A stretch of DNA of 64,000 bases, from assembly GCA_004022145.1 (NCBI GenBank), contig RCNU01000002.1. The stretch is one strand, 5' to 3'. A program made the translations under genes and the position numbers. How positions within the stretch are numbered: the stretch's first letter is position 1; each line of letters begins with the position of its first letter. Positions 12,265-23,925 of the stretch are shown piece after piece. The notes under the pieces were generated by a model. The model worked only from the letters and a program-made list of their open reading frames with translations. It was not told the DNA's origin and did not search any database. The DNA is from Paecilomyces variotii (taxonomy: Eukaryota).

Positions 12265-13573
12265 ATGTATTTCAATCGCGTACTGGCGTCTCCCGCGACG
12301 CCTATCCTTCGCAGCAGTGGTACCCGTCGACTTTCTGCAATTCGCGCTCAACTGAGCCCGCCACAAGTATTTTTCAGCCCTCGGGTCTCTCAGATTCGCA
12401 AAATGTCGCTCCCATCAAAGCAGAAGGCCATCGTTATCGAGGAGACCGGTGGTCCTGAAGTCCTCAAGGTCAAGACTGACCACCCCGTTCCTACCCCGCA
12501 GGAAGGTCAAGTGCTGGTGAAGAACAACATCTCTGGCATCAACTACATCGACACCTATTTCCGCACTGGCCTCTACCCCTCCCCGAAGCCGGAGGTCCTT
12601 GGTCGTGAGGGTGCCGGTACAATTGTCGCTCTAGGCCCCGGACCAAACCCATATGGCTTCAAGGTCGGAGACCGTGTGGCCTGGCTCAGTACCGGAGGTT
12701 ATGCTGAGTACTCTGCTGTTCCTGCGGCCAAGACCGTCAAGATCCCAGACGGCATCTCAGATGAGGACACCATTGGTGCATTCCTCAGTGGTTTGACTGT
12801 GCTGACGCTGGCCAAGGAGGCATACCCTGTCCAGAAGGGAGACTGGGTGCTTCTCCACGCTGCAGCAGGAGGTGCTGGATTCCTTATGACACAAGTGCTG
12901 AAGTCGCTTGGTGCAAAGGTCATCGGAACCGCTGGTGGTCCAGAGAAGGTCGAGCTGGTCAAGAGCCTCGGCGCAGACGTCGTCATCGACTACAAGAGCG
13001 ACGAGGGAAAGGACTGGGTCAAGAAGGTCAAGGAAGTGACTGGAGGTGAGGGTGCCACTGTCGTGTATGACTCTGTCGGAAAGGACACCTGGGAAGGCAG
13101 CTTGGATGCTGTCAAGAGAAAGGGAACTGTCATCTATTTCGGCAATGCCAGTGGCCCTATCCCTCCTATCCCGATCCCGTAAGCAACTACGCTCTCAAGC
13201 AATCGTTTCCAGCTATTATCTCGTACTAACTACGTCTAGTCGTCTGTCCCCCAAGTGTGTCAAGATCGGCCGTCCCACGCTGTTTGGATACATTGAAACG
13301 CGCGAAGAGTTCGAGTTCTACACCAACGAGCTGTTCAGTCTTCTCAAGTCTGGCCAGTTGAAGGTTAAGATCCACAAGGTCTACCCCTTGGAGCAGGCTG
13401 AGCAGGCACAGAGGGTATGTCTTTGTTCCCCTTGAAGCCCTATAATTTATGAATCTACCTATTCTTCTTTCTCTCCGAGTCTACTGTCGGCCAATCGCTA
13501 ACCTTTGTTTCTTCTGTCGCTCTAGGACCTCGAAGGCAGAAAGACCACCGGAAAGTTGCTCCTGCGCCCATGA
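12265..13573 (+). CDS. NADPH:quinone oxidoreductase, zeta-crystallin/MDR family (Zta1/Qor-like)
   Basis: GINYIDTYFRTGLYP, GREGAG, HAAAGG, VVYDSVGKDT and GRKTTGKLLL motifs. Introns 13179-13239 and 13415-13525. In-frame ATGs at 12265 and 12403. Confidence 0.92.
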
Positions 13574-14055
13574 AGGTAGGAAGATCTACCTCCAGTGCAA
13601 ATAAGTAATACATATATCCGTAATCCAGATATGCCCTTTTCAGAGGGAAATGAAATTATGTTGAACATCACTCCCAAAAGCATTAAAACAATTATACTTT
13701 GCCGACTTATCAGTGTCTTATTCACCTATGCACACGAGACCATGTGAGATGGCCACAGGAGGGTTATCAAGCAGCATCCGCATTCAGACCAATGTCCCCT
13801 GAAATCTCTGTTTAACCTTCATATGCGCTATACCAGAATTATAAGAATTTTCAAATTTGACTAATAGGATAAAACTACAATCCTTTCTCAAAAGTCAATG
13901 CACGCGAGCTCAGTCCTTCTGGGATATGGTTCCTCCTAGCAGGGAGCCTAACGATGCTTTTCATCTTTCTATAGATGAACTCCAGGAGGCTACCGTAGCA
14001 CCTATCCAAAGGAATGGGTATTCCCCGGCCTAATCTGACGAAGGATAACCATAGT

Positions 14056-15397
14056 CTAGGAGTGAGCAGTCATCCAAGCAGTAATATCATCTTCCGTGCC
14101 AGGAGCAAAAAGCCATTTCAAGTAGTCCTCCCGAGGCTGCAGTTTCCTGTCACCATTGAGACCCCATTTCTGCTCAAAGACTTCTCTCTCATCTTTGGGG
14201 AGCCGCATAATGTCTGTTTCGTATGCCATGTCGAGAATTGCGTCGATGCGGACCTGGCGTAGACGATGCCAGTAATCGAGTACCTCGATCAACTTCATTT
14301 TTGGCGGCAGGGAGCTAAGTACGAGAGCCAATGTATAGCCGTCTTCGAATGCTTGATTGACACCCTGTCCTGAGGATGGCGGCATTGCGTGAGCAGCATC
14401 ACCAGTGATAATAACGCGTCCAGTAGGCGAGGACCAACGCTCCATTTTTGGCATGCGCTGGAAAGGCCAGAGTTGCAACCCTTCTTTCCTTGTCGATAAC
14501 TGATCCAGCAACTCCTTTGCTGGGTCGTGCCATTTGTTATAACCCTTACAAAGTAAGCCGCAAAGCGCGTCCTTATCTGCTCCCAAGGCTTCCCAACCAG
14601 CACGATCAAGTGATGGATAGGAGAATTGTCTACCCACCATCAGGTCGGAGCCAGCAGTGTCCTCGGGAATCATGAACAAAGCTCCAGGTTCATCTTGAAT
14701 GGTGCAGCCTTTGTCGGGCTCTTCCTTCAGCCACGAGATACTGTCTGTCGGAACATGCCCGTAAACGCAAGCTATGCCTGTGTATGCTGGCAGGTCTAGA
14801 GTCAGGTATTTCCTAACAGCAGAGTGGATTCCGTCAACTCCTATCAATAACGAAGCCCGTTCAGTTCTGCCATTGATCCGAAATGTCACGCTGTCTGTCG
14901 TCTCTTCCTGAACCTCTTCGAACTTCGCACCGTACTCGACAGGAATATTCCGTTCCTTTAACAAAGCTCTCAGCTCATCGAGCAGCAATTGGCGATATAC
15001 GCGACAGGTCTTGTACCCGTAGAGCTGCTCGGCAGCGAGGTGCACATTGCGAATCGTGTGACCCTCAGCATTTCTGAGCGTAAATGATTCACTCTGGTAA
15101 CCCAGAGGTGCAATACGCTCATAGACTCCCAGACGGTCGAGCACCCTCAAGCCGTTAGGGGTTAAGGTAACCCCGCTGCCGAGCCCCTTAGCATCTTCTG
15201 TTCTGCTTTCATAGATTCGACAGGGGATAGATTTCTGATGAAGAGCAAGAGCCAAGGCAGCCCCCTGTTCAATAATTGTCAGGTACCAAAGTGTAACTTC
15301 ACTAAAGACAAAGAATGTTGAAACAAAACGAGGGGGCGTTGATACTTACACCCAGACCTGCACCGATAATCACAACGTCGTTTGACAAGCTAGCCAT
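14056..15397 (-). CDS. FAD-dependent monooxygenase (salicylate hydroxylase/aromatic-ring hydroxylase family)
   Basis: Exon 1 gives VVIIGAGLG (GxGxxG); intron 15349-15265; DG motif IGVDGIHSAVR; GD motif GDAAHAMPPSSGQGVNQAFED. Confidence 0.9.
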
Positions 15398-15949
15398 CGT
15401 GGTTGTAAGTAAACAAGATTATAGAAGTTACAAATATCCATTACGATGTTCACGATGGTTTTTATATTCATCTGTCAACTACTATTTACCTACTCCTACT
15501 CATATATCGAACTCCTTCATTCGGACATTTTTTGAAGCCCGAGCCCGTAGCCGTGGGCGGGTCTCTCGGGCGGTCGGGCGATAATAATCAAGTACGACCG
15601 AGACCTTTGTCGTTTAGAACTGTGTGGAACCATGCATACTAGATACTACTAGGAGTAAATAACGGTGCTGTAGGTTAGACACTAGAGATATCTGTCAATG
15701 CATTAACTACCTATTCAGTAAGGAGATTGACTGCGCTGTGCCGCCAATGAGGTTTAGAAGTCCAACAGTCCAGGTTGTTTCACTGCTGCAATTGTCATCT
15801 ACCTACCGGATTATTGAGACCGAAAATAAGAGATAGAATGCCTCTCCTGTTCTGTTACTTTGTACCACCTCGAATTTTAACCCAGGTTACAGCCAGGAAC
15901 AGATACGGCATTCTCCTTTGTTCAAGATCCGAAATTGTCCTTGGGCCTA

Positions 15950-17640
15950 TCAGAGATAGTCCTGCAGGTTGTGTTCCTTGCCATCTTCACCATCAGACCC
16001 ATCTGCATCACCGTTGGAATAACTACTAGGTTTCTTCCAGCCAAGCATGAGATCGTTCGGCAGAACGGTGTAAATGGAACAGTAAGCTGACATAACTTCA
16101 TCGAAGAAGCAGATGCCGCAGTTGAGCTTCCAGACAGATGTTATGACCTTCATTCCTGGGTAACATAAATCAAGGAGGCTCTCCTCCATGATGAATTCGA
16201 ATTCATCAGTGGCTAGGTTTCCTTTTTCCCACTGTAGACGCTCCTCAGGGGTCAGATCAGGCAGCGGCCGTGCTGGATCTCGAAAAGCTTTTCCATGTAA
16301 TTTGCCAACGGGGTTAAGGTCAGGAGCATATTGATGATAGAATTCACGCAGATCATCCTGCACCGACTCTACGGCTGTGATCTCGAAACCATCAATGTCA
16401 TCCACACGGACGGCGCAAAGTGCGTTCTCGTGAGCCAGGTCGCGGAATCGAGTTGCTTGTTCGTTCGATCCAGCACCCGCAAGAGCGAACTTGACAACTT
16501 TACGTGCAATGTCGGGTGTCATTCGACGAGTTTCCTCCGCCGTGGGAGCCCACTGGTTCTCCTCGACATAGTCGTCGTAAAACGAACCCCCGAATAAGGT
16601 TGAACAAGCCTCATTGAAATTTCCCGGGCCCTGCACTATGAAACGTTGGTTCTTCCAGAGTTCTTTGATCGCAATGTCGCATGAGACCCGCGCAGCATCT
16701 ATGTTATCCTTATATTCAGGGCAGACGTCATGGTGGAGGAGATATGTGAGGAAGTTTCTGATGGTAATGGGTCCCATCTTGGCCATCTCCTCAGTGTCCG
16801 GGTAGAAGTATCTTGGGTAGAATGCGGTTCTGTCGTTGTCAGTGATCCCTTCACCAAATCTCCTAGATGATCACATACAAATAACCCCTGACAACGGCGT
16901 CAAAGTCGATTAGCATCTTCGAACGATCGCTGTTGATCCAAGCCTGGGCTCTGGCAGCCAGTATTTGCTCCTTGTCCATGTCTTCGAGTTCGCGCTGGTC
17001 CACGCCAGCGAACATTTTCTGTCCAACGTCTACGCCCCCATACGCCAGATACTTCGAGAACATATGAGACCGGTCATTTTCGATTCTGTGTTTCGCCTGG
17101 AAGCGTAGAATAGCCTCTTCGAGGCGGCTGGGATGGGATTAGCGACGTTCAGGTCAGGGCAGTGTACATCTCTTACATGAGAATAGGTAGAGAACTAGAT
17201 ACGGGTGTCAGTAGGTCCCATTTCCAAAACATGGAGAAACATACACATCGTAACGCTTCTTATTTTCATTATACTCCTCGACAGTGATCGGGGGGTCAAC
17301 GTAGAATTCCTCGAATCCAGTAGGTTTGTTCTGTCAGAACATTAGCTTTCCTATCAAGAGTACACCAATACAGATCTCCACGGACGAGGCCTCGTTTGCT
17401 CTTGGGCTTTTTAGATCTCTTCTTCTTTTTCTTTTTCTCCGGCAACGTCAGATCGATCTCTGCCATCATATCTTCTTCCTCGCCTCTGTCATCATCCTGT
17501 TCCTGGAGCTTCTGCACATTGGATGCCTCAAGTGTTTCGTTCTGCGCTGTATGTGAGGCTTGGTCTTGATCATTTTCGACCTGGGGTGCTGAACGGATTG
17601 GAAGGACGGATGCGTCAGCCTGCTCCTCCTTGTTCTCCAT
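15950..17640 (-). CDS. arb1: Argonaute siRNA chaperone complex subunit Arb1-like protein
   Basis: Spliced frame gives KKKKKRSKKPKSKRGL, KPTGFEEFYVDPPIT, FSKYLAYGGVDVGQKMF and IRNFLTYLLHHDVCPEY. Several short introns, including an 18-nt exon at 17177-17194. Confidence 0.82.
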
Positions 17641-19027
17641 CGTAGCCGGAGCGAAATATCTGAGAACCGCGATGCAGATGTTTGATAGAGTCGTCCAGAA
17701 TACTTATCGGACGTACGTCACAGAATGTTAAATGAGCGTTGGGATTGCAGCACGAAAAATGGCTGAAGAATGCTGAGAGACAAAGAAGAGACTTCCACTC
17801 AGTGAAGCCTCAAGTGAAGTTGTGGGATGGCAACAGGGATTCACCTGTCCCTACGCACAACAACCGCACAAGACCCATTGTTTACCAGCAGAAAACCGAT
17901 GGTTGACAAGCAAATACTCTTACAATATGGTCGACCACATCAGCCACCTGGAGTCACCCATTGGAAATCTCCTGCATCTACTGGTGGTCTGTAGCACTGT
18001 GAGTCGATTATACCGCATACCGAATACCGAACACCTTGAGAATATTTCCCCTTGGACCCTGAGATTGCAGGGTCCACCTGACATGGAGCAAGCTCATTTA
18101 CGGGCAACTGCCGATTGACAAACAGGACAAAGAAGAAGTTAGCGGCATCCCCAGACGATGGCATGGAAGATCCTCTTTTTATTGTCGCCATTCACAGTAA
18201 GATCGGCCGTTTCGTGTTGCCGCTACAAACATCCAGGGGATCAACGGCGATGTTTCGGATGCGAGCAGGTGGATGATCTGTCCGCGTGCAGCAAGGCTGA
18301 GCAATCTGCAGTGACGCTCGAACCCTCAGCCGCATCTGAAACGCATCCTGGCTGTTCTTAATGATTCTCGTGTCTTGAATCAATCAGACCAAGAAAGACA
18401 AAAAGGGAGGCTGAGAGGCCTGACGTCGTGCTGACTCGTCACCGCCTTGGGGGATTCCGCCTGCCGTCGATACCGTTCGGTCATGTTCTGCCTGCAATAC
18501 GCAGTCCCCGCAAGCCCGTTTTTTGCGCGGTGAGAGGCCACCAAAGGCCGGCTGAGCCCTGAAACTTAAATTACGGCGGGTATTGTATCGTACACCCACT
18601 TCAACTTCTCCGCCGCGGCTTTGGTTGCTCATCCAGCTTGCTCTCCGACTCGCTAGAGATGCTCATCGATGGCCGTATGCTCGCCATTGATTGATGATCG
18701 TGGCGATTACCTACACTCTCCAATCCACCGTTGCGCCCTGTTTACCCCTACAGCCCGCTATACCCGCCTCTCGTCTCCGCTGACCTGCATGGCGCCTGCA
18801 TCGTGCCATTTCTAGCGGATCACGATCCTGACATGCTCTTATATCTTCACTCTGTTCCTCCCTGGCACTGCATTTTCCCGCTCCTTGTATTGCAGTCCTA
18901 GTGGGAACGGTCGATCGACGCCGCCTGAGTGGTTCCGGAAATACCGGCGAAGTGACTCGTTCGGCATGCGGTCGTGATATCTAGTCTTCTTATCGAGACT
19001 GTCGGTTCTTATCACAGTCTTTTGGTC

Positions 19028-20499
19028 ATGCCATCACCTTCGAAATCCGACAGCCGCAAGGCGCCAAAGCTGGACGGCGACAGCTTTGTTGCATTCGATC
19101 ATGCTGCAGCTGGACAGTAAGTTTTCCCTATCAGTCTAGCTTGCAGCTTTGGTTTGCGTCACCTGGCGATACTGTACTTGCCAGATTTGAAATGGGCTGA
19201 ACAACCGCATATAACTGTCTATACATAGATTCTATGTGCTTTGAAACTGACGAGTTACAATCTCATAGTGATGGCGTTCGTTGTGATCCGTCTGGCTCTT
19301 TGATTGCGAAACCCTGCACGCGTGAGGAGATCGCCTTCTATGAGTCAAGTTCTCTTCATCCCCATTTCAGGGCTTTTATGCCTACTTTTATAGGAACTTT
19401 GTCATCTGCAGACCAACAGCAGTCCCAGGCTCTCGCCCAAGCTCAGCAGGCGGGGGCTATAGTTGTTCCGCCATCTGACGCCCCATCCTCGTCAAATACA
19501 CCAGTCAGTTCAGGAACTTCTCTGCCCGTTACCGACGCATCAGGGCAGGGCACCCCTATCCAGAAACAGGATCCCTGGGTTCCATCGGGCGGGCGTAAAC
19601 TCGAAACAGGCCTGTCAATCGTTCTGGAAAATGTAGCATCAGGCTTCAAGCGGCCAAACGTGTTGGATGTGAAACTCGGGGCCCGATTATGGGCAGATGA
19701 TGCTCCCCCGAGCAAGCGAGCAAAGCTCGATGCTGTTTCTAAGGAAACAACAAGCTCGACGTTAGGATTTCGGATTGCTGGAATGAAGGTCTGGACTGGT
19801 GGAAAGAAGGAAGGAGAAGAGGAAGAGCCTCTAGGTCAGACAGACCCGTATGCCACCAAATACGAGGCGTCTGAAGGCAAGAAAGGGGAAGTCATTGAAA
19901 AAGGGGGCTACAAACGATACGACAAATGGTACGGTCGATCCTTCAACGCTGAAAATGTGAAAGAAGCCTTCGAGACTTTCTTGGCAGGCGCAAAAGCCAG
20001 CAAGGAAGACCGCTCGAAACTAATAGCGCGAAGAATCGCGGAGGAGTTAAGATGTGTGCAGTCTGTCCTGGAGGCGGAGGAGAGCAGGATGTACTCCGCC
20101 AGTGTTCTCATTGTTTACGAAGGTGACTCCGAGGCCATGGAGGAAGCTCTGGAATACGAGAAAAACAGGAAAGATGATGAGGAGGAAGACGAAGAGGAAG
20201 ATGAAGACGGGGAGGAGTTTACCCTCCCTCAAGACGGGTCCCTGGAAGTTGTTGATGTCAAGGTCGGAGACCAGACACTAGCTCAGGGCGCCCTCAAACT
20301 CGATATTGATCCCGGAACCGCAGCAACAGAACTGGGGGATCTTCAAGCCGATGATGAAGAGGAGCCACCCAAGGTTCATGATCTCCGTCTGATCGACTTC
20401 GCGCATGCGAGCTGGACTCCTGGACAAGGGCCAGATGAGAACGTGCTTATGGGCGTGAGAAGCCTTGTAAAAATCATGGAGGATCTCGCGAAAGAATAG
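19028..20499 (+). CDS. ipk2: Inositol polyphosphate multikinase (Ipk2/Arg82, IPK family)
   Basis: Spliced AAAGH|DG across intron 19117-19268, plus PNVLDVKLG, SASVLIVYEGD and LIDFAH motifs. Confidence 0.9.
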
Positions 20500-20853
20500 A
20501 CAAATCTACGGAAAGCCTTGTCATCTAATTTGGAGATCGCTGGCGACCTCCTGACGAGGATAGAACTCGATTCAAATGTTATATTAGCTGTGATGTTAGA
20601 AATCAACAAGTGAATTCGGTTATCACCATATTTAATAATCTTTTGCTATTCTTTAAGTGGACCAATTTATGCCATCATATCTATATCCAGAATAATACAG
20701 CCTATCGTTGTCATGATACTGTCGAGAATGTAGATACAGTCGTTCTATCATCTGATTACATAAGCCGCCCATCTTGGAGATTTCGATGGCGGACATCCAA
20801 GCGGCCGCGTTTTACTCCGACAAGCCAGTCGAGAGACCCAGAAGCAGTTCAAG

Positions 20854-21568
20854 ATGTTCCCCACGCGTGCACTGCTGGCGCGATCGGTCTGGAAAGGTGA
20901 GAATGAATTATCTTTTCCCTACAGGATATTCAACGAACGAACTCAATGCATCAATATAGAGCGAGCTTGGCTAACATCAGATTCAATTCCCAGGTCCGAA
21001 TATCGTTCCGTACGTTTCCCCTTCAACTTCATTTCCTCAGCCTCCATCAGGCCTGAACCCTTTTCTCCTCAGTTAAATCCGAAGGAATAAGACAGAAATT
21101 GAATTAACACCCACACCTCAATACTCACAGACTCGCTCTCCCGCGCGAAATCCCTCCTCCACCCAACACGCCGGCCATCAAGACACAAGCCCGCGCCGCT
21201 ACCATCCTGCCTAACTTCGTGGGCCTGCGCTTTGCGGTTCATAATGGAAAGAACTATATCGATGTGATCATCACTGAGGAGATGGTTGGACGGAAGCTGG
21301 GCGAGTTCGTTCCGTACGTGGAGCCTTTCTTTTCTTTTCCTTTCCTTTTCTGGTCATGTTGTTGCGTTTTCGGATCCCTTTTCTTCCTGGGGTGTTCTTT
21401 ATTGGGACACGTAATGGGTCGAATAACTCAAGATATGAGAGAGAGAGAGAGAGAGCGACGAACGAAAGATTATGTTTAGGGATCGGAATCAGTGGGCTAA
21501 CTAACTGTTCGGTGGTGATATGCAGGACCCGCAAGCGCTTCACGTACAAGCAGTCCAAGAACAAATAA
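20854..21568 (+). CDS. rsm19: Mitochondrial ribosomal protein uS19m (Rsm19)
   Basis: [33 protein letters not shown] and [10 protein letters not shown] motifs; three introns. Confidence 0.92.
21437..21455. repeat. (GA)n microsatellite in an rsm19 intron
   Basis: gagagagagagagagagag run is directly visible. Confidence 0.9.
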
Positions 21569-22218
21569 ATGAGAGAAAAAAAGTTTCGGCTTTCTTTTCT
21601 TTCTTTCCTTTTGGGCAATATTATCTACTTCGCTTTTTTCTCCCGGCGTTAGATTTCTGTCCGCTGGAAAAAGAAGGGATATTATGTCGAAAGGAGTTTT
21701 TGATTTTAAAGGGAAATATTGCGTTGCCATCCCATTGTATTGTACTTTACTTCTTCACGATTTGCATATGTATATTTATGGAGATGGATCCACACGGTAC
21801 GGAATTCTTGAATACAACATCTATACCCTCTTATCTGTACATGGCCATGCTGTGCAGTAATTCTTGACTTTGATCATCTTTGTGTGATTAAAAAGGATGT
21901 CATTTGTAGTAAACTTGATTGGTATCTTTCAATTCTTACAGACAGCTTTAGCTTGTCAGGATTCCCCATTCAACGCCGATTTAATCCAATGGGTTGGGAT
22001 ATCCCGCTTCATGACAGCTCATGATAAAACCACCCGCCATGTACGCCACCGAAATCAGTTCCGAACTCCAAGCCCCCTTCAGGAAAGGCAACGACGCCAT
22101 TTGGCTGTCGAGTCAATGCAATCATGTCTCCGGACCCGGAGATGAATTAAGCCCAGGCAAAATATGGGATGTGCGTGATGATCCCAGTCTGATGACTGAA
22201 AGGTCGAGAGACACGCGC

Positions 22219-23315
22219 TCATCGGTAAAACTCCCCTCTCTTGATGGTGACTCCGTATTCGGCGACGGCCATACCAAGGTCTTCCATGGTGAGCACCGTC
22301 CGTCCTTGTCCGGAACCACCCTGACCACCACCACCAAATCCGGGTCTCTGGATACCGAGATGGGTGTTGGATTGTCCACTCTTCCCCTTGGCTGCATCTC
22401 CAGCAGCTGCACCTGCTGCGCCTCCGGGACCTGCTGCGTTAGGCACCAGGCCTGCAGCAACGTTAAGACCACCCATAGGGTTGTTTGCGCTGGAACTATT
22501 AGAAGAACGGATTCGCGAGTACTGGTACGCATCCGCAGCGATATCAGAGATAAACTTCTGCGTAGCCAAGGCAAGTAGACGCGCTAGATGCGGAGGGGTC
22601 TGATTCGGACCATGACCTGGCGGAGGAAGGCCAGCAAGAGTCAGATAATGCGCGGTGACAGCATCAGGAATCTATCGAAACATGGTTAGTCTTCGCAAGA
22701 ATTTTTGTGATATGAGCAGAAAGCTTGAAGACGGGATGAGAGCCATGATCTTGTCAGAAGGAAGGCAACGGAAATATCCACATGGTTTTTGCGCTTTTCG
22801 GAACAGGTCTGTGAATTTACATCCGAAATATTTCATCATATGATCAGGCGATACAAGTTGCAGGGCAACGTATAGATGGGATAGGTATAATTGAGGTGTA
22901 ACCGAAGGGAAAGCAAACGTGCAACACTTACAATAGGCGCGTACTCGTCCATCTTCCCGAGGAACTCGCGCAGGCTGGTTTCCTTCTTCGTTGGCGGTGG
23001 CGCCGGTGCAACCGATTCTACAGGAAGACCGCCAGCGGCCGCTGCTGCAGTTGGGTCTGCACTTGCGCTTCCATTCTCACCAGCGTTATTAGTATTGGTG
23101 TCGGTTCCAGCCATGTCAATATCCTGCTCGATGGAGGCGTCGATATCTTCACCCCCGGCAGTGCCAGGTTCCTGCTTTGGCACTGGATCTTGTGTCGAGT
23201 TTGCAGTATCTGCTGTTGTTGACGACGGAGCAGTCTCCTGTGATTGTGTCTGTGATGGGGGTGCAGGCTGTGGTGTCGCTGGAGGCTGCGACGTGGAGGC
23301 TGAGGGTTCAGCCAT
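22219..23315 (-). CDS. taf10: TFIID/SAGA subunit Taf10
   Basis: [44 protein letters not shown] and [15 protein letters not shown] motifs. Single 260-nt intron 22931-22672. Confidence 0.95.
22746..22846 (-). ncRNA. Intronic double-guide box C/D snoRNA (snR56-type D' guide and snR52-type D guide)
   Basis: On the minus strand: TGATC stem; box C ATGATGA (22839-22833); guide TCACAGACCTGTT before D' CCGA; C' ATGTGGA; guide TGCCTTCCTT before box D CTGA (22757-22754); GATCA stem. Both guides are complementary to conserved 18S rRNA segments. Confidence 0.9.
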
Positions 23316-23925
23316 GATGGCAAGCAGGATCGACAGCCACTGTAAGAAAAAAAGCCCCCCTGTCTGCTGTCTGCAAATGAAAAGAATCCCTGCTCACAGC
23401 GTGTGGTACGGTTCTGTAACGCTGGCCCGTCCCCTATGGCCTGCTGTTCTTTTTTCTCGCGGTTGAAGGTCGCGCTGGGTTGGTCCAGGTTGGGTGCGCA
23501 CGAAGTTTGGCGAGTAGTGAGTGGTGAAAGCTGGAAGCGGCGTGGTCTTGGCACCACCGCCTTTTCTGAAGTACGGGTATTACTTCCGGGACAAGAGGCT
23601 TGGTATCATCATTTGGGCTTCCTACAGACAAATTTCCATACAGGGCTTACAGATCTGAAGTTGGCAACGGAATATATTTTGATCTCTTAAATAGTAAAAT
23701 TATGATCAACTGATTTTATTTTTTTGAACTACTAGTACTGTGTACATACATACTCTTACAGTGAGTGCGCCCGCGAGAAAGAAGCCCCCAAGGACCGCGC
23801 CTGTGCACCCGCAACACTTGGTTTGATCCCCCCATAGAGGAATAGAACAGAGAAAGAGAAAGAGAAAGCATAAACGGAGATGATGCATCAAAGTGGTATA
23901 TATCGACACTGTGACCCGCCTGCGC

